From NCBI GenBank assembly GCA_015068665.1, contig SVKB01000011.1, positions 4,858-68,857 on the forward strand: a stretch of 64,000 nt of DNA, in the 5' to 3' direction. This DNA is from Oscillospiraceae bacterium (GTDB lineage: Bacteria; Bacillota; Clostridia; UMGS1840; HGM11507). Both the position numbers and the translations under genes were made by a program. The notes under the pieces were generated by a model. It was not told the origin of the DNA. It saw only the letters and a program-made list of their open reading frames with translations, and did not search any database. This document shows positions 7,659 to 15,928 of this stretch, one piece after another (position 1 is the stretch's first letter; every line of letters starts with the position of its first letter).

Positions 7659-9680
7659 TTATTCTTCAGTAGCTTCTTCAACTGCTTCTTCAACTGCTTC
7701 TTCGGTAGCTTCTTCAGTAACCTCTTCAGCAATTTCTTCAGCAATTTCTTCTGCAGGAGCTTCTTCCTTTAAAAGAGCTCTGATGCTTAAGCTGATTTTC
7801 TTAGCTTCAAGATCAATTTCAATAATCTTAGCTTCAACTTCCTGACCAACAGTAAGCTCATCGGCAGGCTTTTCAACTCTCTTATTGGAAATCTGAGAAA
7901 TGTGAATCAAACCATCAACAAAAGGAATGATTTCAGCAAATGCACCGAAAGGAACAAGTCTTACGATCTTACAGGTAATAACATCGTCAACCTTATAATC
8001 CTTTTCAATCTTTGTCCAGGGATTATCTTCAGCCTTCTTGAAGCCTAAAGAAATCTTCTTGGTTTCAGCATTGATTTCCTTGATGTAAACCTTAATCATA
8101 TCGCCAACCTTAACGATTTCGGAAGGATGCTTGATTCTTCCCCAGGAAAGCTCGGAAATATGAACTAAACCGTCAACGCCACCCAAGTCAACAAATGCAC
8201 CGAAGTTTGTAAGAGATTTAACGATACCGTCATATTCCTTACCCTCGGAAACATTAGCCCAGAATTCTTCCTGAAGCTTTTTCTTTTCATCATCAATAAC
8301 TGCCTTGATAGAACCAACAGCTCTTCTTCTCTTATCATCAAAGTCGATAACCTTTAAGGAAACCTCGGTGTTAAGAAGAAGATTTTTATCATCAGCTGCT
8401 CTTTCGGTAGCAAGAGAGTTAGGAACGAAAATTCTGCAGGAGTTAACAATAACGGTTACGCCACCCTTGTTAACATCGGTAACCTTACCCTTAAGGATTT
8501 CGCCGCTTTCAAACGCAGCACGGATAACCTCGATATTCTTCTGAGAATCAACTCTTTTCTTGGAAAGAAGAACTGTACCCTCAACATCATTTTTCTTGAT
8601 AACCATAGCTTCGATTTCGTCTCCAACCTTGAAGTGATCTTCAGGTTTGAACTGAGAATCGTCTGACAAACCATCAAGAGAAATAACTCCTACTCCTTTA
8701 TATCCGGGGATATTGATATTGATTTCGTTTGGTGAAACTCTTTCAACAGTCCCCTTAACAATCTGTCCTGTGCGTAGTGATGAATTAAGATAATTTTCCA
8801 GCATATCGGCAAAGTTTTCTTCGCCTACCGGTGTTATTTTTTCTTCTGACATAATATTCAGAACCTCCTTTATTATATACGCCGGTGTTGATGCGCCGGC
8901 AGTAATTGCAATTTTATCGCCCTTTATAAGACTTAAGTCCAGCTGAGAGGCATCCTCGATAAGAACAGTTGAATCAAGGATTTCCTTAGCCTTACGGTAA
9001 AGCTCATTGGTGTTGGAGCTGTTTTTCCCTCCAACCACAACCATTGTATCTGCTTCACCTGCAAGCTTTAAGGCTTCAGCCTGTCGCTCAGACGTGGCAT
9101 TACATATTGTATCAAAAATCTCGGTATTTTTACAAGTGTTTTTTAAAAATTTAACATAATTGTAAAATTTCTCTTTATTTATTGTTGTCTGGGCAACAAC
9201 CGAAATATTGTTTTTCCCCTCAATAAGAGGAAGAATTTCATCCTCTGTCTCCTCATATAAAATAAGGGCAGAATCATCGCACCAGCCGTTGATTCCGATA
9301 ACCTCGGGATGGTTTTTCTTACCGATAACAACAATATCCTTACCCTCTTCGTGGGCATTTTTAACGATATTGTGAATTTTCTTTACAAAGGGACAGGTTA
9401 AATCAACATATTCAATTCCCTCTTTTTCAAAATAGTCATAAACCTTCTTACCCACTCCGTGAGCGCGGATTATGACAAGAGAGTCACTTTTAAGATTTTC
9501 AAGCCTTTCCTCAACCAGAACACCGTTCTTTTCAAGGTCGGCAACCACCTGTTCATTATGAATTATGGGTCCGTAGGTGAAAATCCTTTTATCCCTGCGG
9601 GAAGACAGCTCATAGGTTTTTTCAACTGCTCTTTTAACTCCGAAGCAGAAGCCTGCAGTTTCGGCAACAGTAATTCTCAT
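7659..9680 (-). CDS. ispH: Bifunctional 4-hydroxy-3-methylbut-2-enyl diphosphate reductase (IspH/LytB) fused to ribosomal protein S1-like domains
   Basis: N-terminal MRITVAETAGFCFGVKRAV is IspH-like. The C-terminal half has four S1/OB repeats (GxVxxVxxxGxxV, FGAFV) and an acidic EE(I/A/V)xEE repeat tail. The second ATG (9680) has better SD spacing than the track start at 9686. Confidence 0.9.
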   Translation of the reverse strand: MRITVAETAGFCFGVKRAVEKTYELSSRRDKRIFTYGPIIHNEQVVADLEKNGVLVEERLENLKSDSLVIIRAHGVGKKVYDYFEKEGIEYVDLTCPFVKKIHNIVKNAHEEGKDIVVIGKKNHPEVIGINGWCDDSALILYEETEDEILPLIEGKNNISVVAQTTINKEKFYNYVKFLKNTCKNTEIFDTICNATSERQAEALKLAGEADTMVVVGGKNSSNTNELYRKAKEILDSTVLIEDASQLDLSLIKGDKIAITAGASTPAYIIKEVLNIMSEEKITPVGEENFADMLENYLNSSLRTGQIVKGTVERVSPNEININIPGYKGVGVISLDGLSDDSQFKPEDHFKVGDEIEAMVIKKNDVEGTVLLSKKRVDSQKNIEVIRAAFESGEILKGKVTDVNKGGVTVIVNSCRIFVPNSLATERAADDKNLLLNTEVSLKVIDFDDKRRRAVGSIKAVIDDEKKKLQEEFWANVSEGKEYDGIVKSLTNFGAFVDLGGVDGLVHISELSWGRIKHPSEIVKVGDMIKVYIKEINAETKKISLGFKKAEDNPWTKIEKDYKVDDVITCKIVRLVPFGAFAEIIPFVDGLIHISQISNKRVEKPADELTVGQEVEAKIIEIDLEAKKISLSIRALLKEEAPAEEIAEEIAEEVTEEATEEAVEEAVEEATEE

Positions 9681-9795
9681 AAACATCCCGCCTTTTTAAA
9701 TGGGAGAACCTTCCCCTTATAATACATATTCCATATAATGATACAAAAAATCCTCTTATTTGTCAATAGCTTTACTTAAATATGTATATATAAGT

Positions 9796-10686
9796 TTAAT
9801 GGTGATGATGGTGATGTCCCCTGTGACTAAAGTTATCAGTACGGCAGTTTTTAAAGGAACACTCCTCCCCCACTTCTTCAAGCTCTACGGTGACATGGGA
9901 AATCCCATGTTCCGAAAGCTCATTGCGGATTCTCTCTTTTATCACGGCAGACGGAGTATCAACAACCGCATGAAGGGTTGCAAAAACTTGCTGACCGTCT
10001 ATTGTCCATATATGAAGATGATGAATATCTGAAATTCCCTCTGTTTCTTTAAGATGGGATATAATTTCGTCATAATTAATGTTCTCGGGTGCCTTTTCAA
10101 GAAAAATACAGATTATTTCCTTAAGATTTTTAAAGGCATTTGTAAGAATAAAGATAGCCACACCCAGGGACATCAGCGGATCAAGAATCATAAGGTCGGT
10201 AAGCTTTATCACAATGGCCCCCACAAGAACAACCAGCCACCCCAGAACATCCTCAAGCATGTGAAGATTTACCGCCTTCTGGTTAAGAGAATCCCCCTCC
10301 CTCGTAAAAAATGCCGCAAGAGCGTTGACTAAAGCTCCCACCACGGCAAAAAGTATCATTCCGTCGTAATTTATGGGAACGGGATTAAAAATCCTTATAA
10401 CCGCATTTATAATAACGAAAAAAGATCCCACAATCAGAATAAGAGTGGAAAAAGCTCCCCCAAGCACCGAATATCTTCCGTAGCCGTAGGTATATTCCAC
10501 AGTGGGGTTTTTTTTACTTTTTCTTTCAAGAAAATAGGATATACCAATGCTTACCGCATCTCCGATATCATGAACCGAATCGGATACAATGGCAATGCTT
10601 CTTGTAAAAATTCCTCCGAAAAGCTCAAAGACCGAAAAGCACAGATTTAAAATAAAGGCAATAAAAATATTTTGCTGGGTTTTCAT
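9796..10686 (-). CDS. Cation diffusion facilitator (CDF) family metal efflux transporter
   Basis: 296 aa with 6 TM helices. Motifs SDSVHDIGD and HMLEDVLGW. Cytoplasmic C-domain ending in the His-rich tail HRGHHHHHH. Confidence 0.9.
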   Translation of the reverse strand: MKTQQNIFIAFILNLCFSVFELFGGIFTRSIAIVSDSVHDIGDAVSIGISYFLERKSKKNPTVEYTYGYGRYSVLGGAFSTLILIVGSFFVIINAVIRIFNPVPINYDGMILFAVVGALVNALAAFFTREGDSLNQKAVNLHMLEDVLGWLVVLVGAIVIKLTDLMILDPLMSLGVAIFILTNAFKNLKEIICIFLEKAPENINYDEIISHLKETEGISDIHHLHIWTIDGQQVFATLHAVVDTPSAVIKERIRNELSEHGISHVTVELEEVGEECSFKNCRTDNFSHRGHHHHHH

Positions 10687-10699
10687 AAAAATCCTCCTG

Positions 10700-10728
10700 T
10701 TGACTGTTTGTGAATTTTATTGTACAAT
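10700..10728 (+). promoter_or_regulatory. Sigma-A type promoter for the TetR-family gene
   Basis: TTGACT (10700-10705), 17-nt spacer, TACAAT (10723-10728). Confidence 0.45.
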
Positions 10729-10740
10729 ATATCTGATACC

Positions 10741-10753
10741 GAACATATTGTTC
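10741..10753. promoter_or_regulatory. Candidate TetR operator 1 (inverted repeat GAACA-TAT-TGTTC)
   Basis: Perfect 5+5 inverted repeat just downstream of the -10. Shares the context ACCGAACAT with site 2. Confidence 0.4.
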
Positions 10754-10807
10754 AGTATTATTTTAACTGTATTAAAACATATTATCAACAGATAATAAAT
10801 ATGAATC

Positions 10808-10821
10808 GTTCGTTACCGAAC
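10808..10821. promoter_or_regulatory. Candidate TetR operator 2 (inverted repeat GTTCG-TTAC-CGAAC)
   Basis: Perfect 5+5 inverted repeat in the TetR/CDF divergent intergenic region. Confidence 0.35.
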
Positions 10822-10849
10822 ATTTTTTTGAATTTGTACGGAGGTTTTT

Positions 10850-11398
10850 ATGGACAGAAGGCAGAAAAAAACAAGGGAGGCAATATTCAAAGCCTTTACC
10901 TCTCTTTTATCCGAAAAGGATTATGAACATATTACGGTAGGGGAAATAATTGAAAATGCCGATGTGGGAAGGGCAACCTTTTATTCCCATTTTGAAACAA
11001 AGGATTTTCTTTTAAAGGAGCTTTGTGGCGAGCTTTTCTGCCATATTTTTGACGGAATATATGAAAAAAACGAGCATCATCATATTTTCACCTGTGATGC
11101 CCCCGATTCGGTATTTTTACATCTTTTTCAGCATCTGCAAAAAAACGACAATAACATTTTGGAGCTTCTTTCGGGCAAAAGCAATGAGCTTTTTTTCAGA
11201 TACTTTAAAAACAATCTTGTGGACCTGATAAAATGCCAGCTTCATCTGTTCTCCCATAAAAAAACCGAGGCACTTCCCGAAAGCTTTCTTGTAAACCATA
11301 TTGCCTCAACCTTTACCGAAACAATCCAGTGGTGGATAAGTAACGGAAAAAAGGAATCCCCCGAAACTATGACCGGGTATTTTTTTGCGGTAGTGTAA
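10850..11398 (+). CDS. TetR/AcrR family transcriptional regulator
   Basis: 182 aa. N-terminal HTH KTREAIFKAFTSLLSEKDYEHITVGEIIENADVGRATFYSHFETKD. Divergent from the CDF transporter gene. Confidence 0.9.
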   Translation: MDRRQKKTREAIFKAFTSLLSEKDYEHITVGEIIENADVGRATFYSHFETKDFLLKELCGELFCHIFDGIYEKNEHHHIFTCDAPDSVFLHLFQHLQKNDNNILELLSGKSNELFFRYFKNNLVDLIKCQLHLFSHKKTEALPESFLVNHIASTFTETIQWWISNGKKESPETMTGYFFAVV

Positions 11399-11872
11399 AA
11401 CCAGAAGTCAGGTGCGAAGGAAGGCAAGCATGACATATAAATGCAGAATTCAGAGTGCAGAATGCAAAATGATATGCCGCAGGCGGCATAGTGAATTGCA
11501 CCTTACGGTGCGTGAATTGTTATCTATTCGATAACATGAATTGATTTTTACAAATCATGAATTGTTGACTTATGTCAACATTAAGGATAGGACGGATATG
11601 CCATTCGGCATCCGTCCTTTTCTCGTTCCGCAGGAACATATCGAGTGCGAAGCACATATCGAGCAATTTTAATTGCATATCGAGTTTTGCCTTGGCAAAA
11701 CATATCGAAAATCCGAAGGATTTATATCTTATATCTCATCCCTCCTTTTCTTGTTCCGAAGGAACATATCGAGTGCGAAGCACATATCGAGCAATTTTAA
11801 TTGCATATCGAGTTTTGCTTTAGCAAAACATATCGAAAATCCGAAGGATTTATATCTTATATCTCATCCGCC
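11399..11872 (+). repeat. C composite repeat (AGGAA/TGCAGAAT words, TGAATTG bead array, P hairpin, tandem pair of CATATCGAG bead arrays)
   Basis: Starts at the tetR stop codon. TGAATTG occurs 4 times (11492-11570), separated by hairpins CACCTTACGGTG, TTATCTATTCGATAA, ATTTTTACAAAT and TTGACTTATGTCAA. P hairpin at 11589-11618 is followed by TTTTCTCG. The same composite recurs at 39831, 42364, 52326(-) and 62644(-). Confidence 0.85.
11618..11872 (+). repeat. Two tandem CATATCGAG bead arrays (period 128 nt)
   Basis: Each copy is hairpin TTCCNNNGGAA, CATATCGAG, TGCGAAGCA, CATATCGAG, CAATTTTAATTG, CATATCGAG, TTTTGCYTTRGCAAAA, CATATCGAA, AATCCGAAGGATT, then the tail ATATCTTATATCTCATCC. The first CATATCGAG is at 11637 in copy 1 and 11765 in copy 2. 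Confidence 0.85.
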
Positions 11873-12160
11873 AGCTATCGCTGACACCTGTCTCGTTGCG
11901 ACTCAGTCACGGCTCGGCTCTGACAATTCACAGGATTGTCATTCACTACCTCGCTGACGCTTCGCTACCTCATTAAGAAGGCTGTGGCGTCGGTTCTTTT
12001 TTAATACTGTAGGGCGTGGCGACTCGACACGCCGATATAAAATTACAAATTAAACTGTGCGAAGCACAATATCACTTTCAAATTCCCTGCTTGTGACAGT
12101 ATAAGACAAAACTACCCGAAGAAGAGAAAACAAACCTCTTTTTCGGGTAGTAATTTTTAT
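11873..12160. repeat. Mixed hairpin modules (partial V module, GGCGTG..CACGCC hairpin, 15-bp stem hairpin 12103-12150)
   Basis: CCAGCTATCGCTG and AGAAGGCTGTGGCG are shared with 27130-27195 in inverse orientation. CTACCCGAAGAAGAG/CTCTTTTTCGGGTAG is a long stem followed by a T-rich run. Confidence 0.6.
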
Positions 12161-12163
12161 ATA

Positions 12164-12316
12164 GTGATATTCTTTGCTGCGCAAAGAGTGATATGATTGC
12201 CGACGGCATTCGTGATATTAAAACCTACGGTTTTAGTGATATTTTATTCGCCTTTTAAAACTCGCTAAGCGAATAACACCCGGTGTTAGCCGAATATCAC
12301 TGCGTAGCAATATCAC
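12164..12316. repeat. GTGATAT/ATATCAC dyad bead array
   Basis: GTGATAT at 12164, 12188, 12212 and 12236, each followed by a different hairpin. Then ATAACAC at 12273 and ATATCAC at 12294 and 12310. Confidence 0.8.
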
Positions 12317-12384
12317 TCGCCGCAAGGCGAATAAAACTGCCCAAGTGTCCTTAGGAACACTTGGGCAAAGGCAGACACTTTTTT

Positions 12385-12780
12385 TTACTGTTTTTTAAGA
12401 AGGTCTCTGATTTCTGTAAGAAGCTTGATATCTTCGGGGATTTCAGGCTCTTTAACCTCTTCTTTAACCTCTTCCTTTTCCGGCTCTCTTTTAAGCTTTG
12501 CGATAAACTTGATGGTAAGGAACAGAACAAAGGCTGTGATTATAAAGTTTAAAACTGCCTGGATAAGAAGCCCGTAATTGATGGAGGCTTCACCGATTTT
12601 GTAGCAAAGTGCAGAAAAATCAATTCCGTTCATTAAAAGACCTATAAAAGGCATAAAGATATCCTTTACAATGGAATTGGTAACTGCGCTGAAGGCGGTA
12701 CCAATCATAACACCAATGGCAAGATCAATCATATTGCCCTTTACTGCAAATTCCTTAAATTCATTAAAAAACTTTTTCAT
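12385..12780 (-). CDS. mscL: Large-conductance mechanosensitive channel MscL
   Basis: 131 aa. FKEFAVKGNMIDLAIGVMIGTAFSAVTNSIVKDIFMP is the canonical MscL N-terminus. Confidence 0.95.
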   Translation of the reverse strand: MKKFFNEFKEFAVKGNMIDLAIGVMIGTAFSAVTNSIVKDIFMPFIGLLMNGIDFSALCYKIGEASINYGLLIQAVLNFIITAFVLFLTIKFIAKLKREPEKEEVKEEVKEPEIPEDIKLLTEIRDLLKKQ

Positions 12781-12795
12781 ATGTATTCTCCTTTT

Positions 12796-13935
12796 TTATT
12801 TTACTCCCAACCACTTAAGGAAGTAGAGCTTAATTACATCAAAAACATTACGGTGCTTAACCTCTTCCTCGGCAACGATTTCAAGCTCATACATTACCGA
12901 ATCGCCCTTTTTGATTTTCATCACACCTAACTTTTGTCCCTTTTCAACGGGGGCCTTTATGTCGGGGATGATTTCAATTTCCTTTGAGATTTCCCCTTTT
13001 TCGTTTTTATTATCCATTATAACATAATCGTTTTTTGCAACACCGTTGACTCTTTCCTTCTTACCCTTTATAAGATCAACCTCACATATAAGGTCATTCG
13101 CACTTATTTTTTCCTTAAGGGTATAATTATCAAAGCCATAGTCAAGAAGAAGTCTTGCTTCGGAAAATCTTACTTCGGAGGAGGGTCCCCCAAGTATTAC
13201 CGAAATCAAAGCCATCTTATCCTTTTCGGCAGAGGCGGAAAGGCAGTGACCTGCCTCGGTGGTAAAGCCGGTTTTAAGACCGGTGGCATATTTATATGTA
13301 GCAATAAGCTTATTGGTGTTTGCAAGCTGGAATTCTCCGCCACGGAGAGTATCCATCCATATAGTTGTATATTTCTTTATATCGGGATGCTTTTCTATAA
13401 GCTCTCTTGACATAATTCCGACATCGCGGGCGGTGGAATAATGATTATCCTCGGGAAGTCCGTGAGGATTTACAAAATGGGTATTTTTCATTCCCAGCTC
13501 CTTTGCCCTTTTATTCATAAGGGCAATAAAGCTGTCATAGTCACCTGCAATATGCTCGCCTATCGCAACTGCAACATCATTTCCCGAAGCAACCATAAGA
13601 CCCTTTAGCATATCGTCAACACTCATCTGCTCGCCAACCTCTAAAAATATCTGAGAGCCTCCCATATCCTCGGCATTCTCACCGGCGGTAATAAGGTCGC
13701 TGTAGCTTATATTCCCCTTATCAATCTCTTCCATTAAAAGAAGGGCGGTCATAACCTTGGTAACTGAAGCTATTGGGCGTTTTGCATCCGCATTTTTTTC
13801 AAACAGCACGGTACCCGAGGACTGCTCAATAAGAATTACAGAACCGGATTCAATTTCATCAAGCCCCTTGGCAAAAACCGAAAAGGTGCATAAGCAAAGG
13901 GAAATTACAATCATAAAGCAAATAGTCTTTTTCAT
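12796..13935 (-). CDS. D-alanyl-D-alanine carboxypeptidase (S11, PBP5/DacB-like)
   Basis: Signal peptide, SVTKVMT (SxxK), SGN and KTG motifs. ATG at 13935 with AGGAG upstream; the track start at 13941 is TTG. Confidence 0.9.
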   Translation of the reverse strand: MKKTICFMIVISLCLCTFSVFAKGLDEIESGSVILIEQSSGTVLFEKNADAKRPIASVTKVMTALLLMEEIDKGNISYSDLITAGENAEDMGGSQIFLEVGEQMSVDDMLKGLMVASGNDVAVAIGEHIAGDYDSFIALMNKRAKELGMKNTHFVNPHGLPEDNHYSTARDVGIMSRELIEKHPDIKKYTTIWMDTLRGGEFQLANTNKLIATYKYATGLKTGFTTEAGHCLSASAEKDKMALISVILGGPSSEVRFSEARLLLDYGFDNYTLKEKISANDLICEVDLIKGKKERVNGVAKNDYVIMDNKNEKGEISKEIEIIPDIKAPVEKGQKLGVMKIKKGDSVMYELEIVAEEEVKHRNVFDVIKLYFLKWLGVK

Positions 13936-13953
13936 AAACAAATCTCCTATAAT

Positions 13954-14829
13954 CTATCTTGCCTTGGGATGGGCATTTTTATAAATCTGGGTAATACGGC
14001 TGTTGGTAAAGTTATTATAAATCTGGGTAGTGGAAATATCCTTATGCCCCAGCATCTGCTGAATGGACTTTAAATCCGCACCGTTCTGGATAAGGTGAGC
14101 CGCAAAGGAATGTCTTAAGGTATTTGGAGTTATCTCCTTTTTGATTCTGGCAGCCTTTACATATTCCTTTATAACCTTCCAGAAGCCCTGTCTTGTGATG
14201 GGCTGACCGTTCACATTTACAAAAATAAATCCCTCTTCGGTAAACATATTTTTATGCCTTTTTATATAAAGCTTTAAAATATCAATTGCCTCGTCGTGAA
14301 GGGGTATAACCCTCTTGGTGCCGTTGCCGCTGCAGGAAATATATCCCACCTTAATATTTATATCCTTGTTTTTAAGGCTGATAAGCTCGGAAACACGGAT
14401 TCCCGTAGCATACAAAACCTCGAGCATAGCCTTATCGCGAAGCCCCTTGAAGGTGGTGATATCCGGCTGGGAAAACAGCTTATCGATTTCACGCCCGGTA
14501 AGAACCCCGGGGATTTTTCTTACATTTTTATTGTATCTGATACCCTCCGAAGGATTGGTATCAATAACACTTTCATCATACAAAAAACCGTAAAATGCCT
14601 TCAGGGAGGCAACATTTCTTGAAACGGTGGAGGGAGCCTTACCAAGCTCTTTAAGATAGCTTAAATATTCATTAAGGTCATCCTTTTTTACCGTAAGGTA
14701 ATCTATACCGTTTTTCAAAACATATTCTTCATATTGCTTAAGATCCCGCCTGTAGGACATTAAGGTGTTTTCACTTAAATTTTTTTCCTCGTAGAGATAG
14801 TCTATAAACGAGGACAGCATTTCGTTCAT
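13954..14829 (-). CDS. xerD: Site-specific tyrosine recombinase XerD/XerC family
   Basis: SAM-like N-domain (FIDYLYEEKNLSENTLMSYRRDL) and catalytic-domain residues ...TGIRVSEL..., HTLRHSFAAHL, LGHKDISTTQIY. Start moved to the ATG at 14829 behind AGAGG. Housekeeping context (spoIIM-xerD-dac). Confidence 0.85.
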   Translation of the reverse strand: MNEMLSSFIDYLYEEKNLSENTLMSYRRDLKQYEEYVLKNGIDYLTVKKDDLNEYLSYLKELGKAPSTVSRNVASLKAFYGFLYDESVIDTNPSEGIRYNKNVRKIPGVLTGREIDKLFSQPDITTFKGLRDKAMLEVLYATGIRVSELISLKNKDINIKVGYISCSGNGTKRVIPLHDEAIDILKLYIKRHKNMFTEEGFIFVNVNGQPITRQGFWKVIKEYVKAARIKKEITPNTLRHSFAAHLIQNGADLKSIQQMLGHKDISTTQIYNNFTNSRITQIYKNAHPKAR

Positions 14830-14951
14830 TTTTAAACCTCTTTTGTTCTTATTAATCAACCAACCGACAACAATGAAAAAGCCTGTCTTTAAGCGGTTGA
14901 GGAGAGATAACTAAATTTTATGCTATTTATGGCGTTTTGTCAAGTATTATG

Positions 14952-15581
14952 TCAACTTTTGAAATACCATTTTAACAAATTACCCGTAAAGTATCCCTCC
15001 GAAAGGGCAAAAATCACCACAAACAGCAGAGCAAAAATAAAAACACCCATATAAAAAAGCAGATAATTCTTAAGATCAATACGGTATTTGATTTTGCCGA
15101 AAACAACCTTTAAAAGAGTCCCCGAAAGAGAAATTCCGTAGGTTGCCGTAACAAAATAAACGGGAATCAGAATAAGCCCCTGGCCAAAAATAATTATAAG
15201 GGAGGTAATGATTCCGCCCTTAAAATTGGTTATTAAAAAATTGGTGATAAGCCCCAGCACGAAGCCCTTTTTCATAACAGTGAAGAAAATAAGGGGAATT
15301 CCGATTACCGTAAAGCCCGAAAGCCATATAATAAGTAATCCGCTAAAGGAGGAGATAAAAGCATTTTTAAAAAGAAGAGTTGAATTGACCTCCTCGTTTA
15401 TATAAACCTCCCTTGCTTTTTCAAAAAAGTCGTATAAAAGTCTTACCTGGTCGGGAGAATAGCGGTTATAAATGTATGCTCCGCCAATTATACCAAGAGA
15501 AAAGAACACCGTAAGAAGTATATATGAAACGGGATTTTTGATTATATGCTCCCGTATTTTATCAGAAAGTAAATCAAGCAT
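14952..15581 (-). CDS. spoIIM: Stage II sporulation protein M
   Basis: 209-aa polytopic membrane protein. N-terminus LSDKIREHIIKNPVSYILLTVFFSLGIIGGAY and overall topology as in SpoIIM. Confidence 0.8.
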   Translation of the reverse strand: MLDLLSDKIREHIIKNPVSYILLTVFFSLGIIGGAYIYNRYSPDQVRLLYDFFEKAREVYINEEVNSTLLFKNAFISSFSGLLIIWLSGFTVIGIPLIFFTVMKKGFVLGLITNFLITNFKGGIITSLIIIFGQGLILIPVYFVTATYGISLSGTLLKVVFGKIKYRIDLKNYLLFYMGVFIFALLFVVIFALSEGYFTGNLLKWYFKS

Positions 15582-15611
15582 TTTTCCAACCTCCGTAAAC
15601 TTAGTTAATAA

Positions 15612-15640
15612 AGATTATGAAAAATGCCTGTAAAATATGA
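15612..15640 (-). promoter_or_regulatory. Possible sigma-E type promoter of spoIIM
   Basis: The minus strand reads TCATATT, 14 nt, CATAATCT, resembling the mother-cell sigma-E consensus (ATATT / CATACA-T). A weak call. Confidence 0.3.
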
Positions 15641-15647
15641 ATAAAAA

Positions 15648-15673
15648 GGGGCTGTAAATTTATTTACAGCCCC
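15648..15673 (-). terminator. Terminator hairpin GGGGCTGTAAAT-TT-ATTTACAGCCCC at the 3-prime end of S1
   Basis: 12-bp stem followed on the minus strand by TTTTTAT. The same hairpin occurs at 20147, 25006 and 53475. Confidence 0.7.
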
Positions 15674-15925
15674 TAAAACAATTCAGAGGGGATAGGAAAA
15701 AATCTTCAGAATGGATAAACTTAGCCAAAATCTTTGATTTTGGGTCACCCGAAGGCGTATTAGATACGTCGAGTGGCTAAGTTTATTCATAACCAAAAAC
15801 TTAAATTTTAAAGATTTTTCTAAAATCTTTACCTCTTTAATGGATAACTTGATAAGTTTCTCTATCAAAATCGTTGATACATCTTGTTTTTGGTGGTCTG
15901 GAGTTTTTTTACATTCCCGTTTTTA
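15674..15925 (-). repeat. S element copy 1 (body), 3-prime UTR of the 1291-aa gene
   Basis: Near-identical to 25032-25282 and inverse to 19870-20146. Contains nested hairpins (outer GGATAAACTTAGCC/GGCTAAGTTTATTC, AAAATCTTTGATTTT, CGTATTAGATACG, AGATTTTTCTAAAATCT, ACCAAAAAC..GTTTTTGGT). Confidence 0.85.
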
Positions 15926-15928
15926 ATA

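Noticed and set aside
9796-9822. The hexahistidine C-terminus (HHHHHH) of the CDF transporter as a cloning or expression-tag artefact.
   Set aside because: His-rich cytoplasmic tails are a natural feature of CDF metal transporters. There is no vector-like sequence, linker or protease site adjacent.
11618-11872. A CRISPR array, because of the regular alternation of constant and variable segments.
   Set aside because: The constant segment is only 7-9 nt. The variable segments are 9-17 nt palindromes, not 30-40 nt spacers. The same ordered variable segments recur at 10 loci. No cas genes or leader are present.
11572-11957. The ORF track lists 60-125 aa ORFs inside the repeat gaps. Examples are 11572..11823, 11673..11957, 27121..27306, 38534..39061, 40053..40283, 41323..41614, 42345..43265, 52076..52574 and 62194..63103. 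Some have recurring peptides such as NISSAKHISSNFNCISSFALAKHIENP.
   Set aside because: They occur on both strands of the same DNA and have no ribosome-binding sites. Their recurring peptides simply translate the word-plus-hairpin modules. Copies in the opposite orientation give unrelated peptides. They are best explained as shadows of non-coding repeats.
13954-14859. The tyrosine recombinase as an integrase marking a mobile element or prophage boundary.
   Set aside because: It lies in the conserved housekeeping context (spoIIM, xerD, dac). It has XerD-like motifs and size. No phage, conjugation or att-like features are nearby.
15683-15868. A small protein gene inside the S element (61-aa and 65-aa ORFs at 15683..15868 and 25041..25238).
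   Set aside because: There is no SD. The third S copy (19870-20146) does not maintain the ORF, which is interrupted by the 22-nt insertion and substitutions. The sequence is dominated by nested hairpins.
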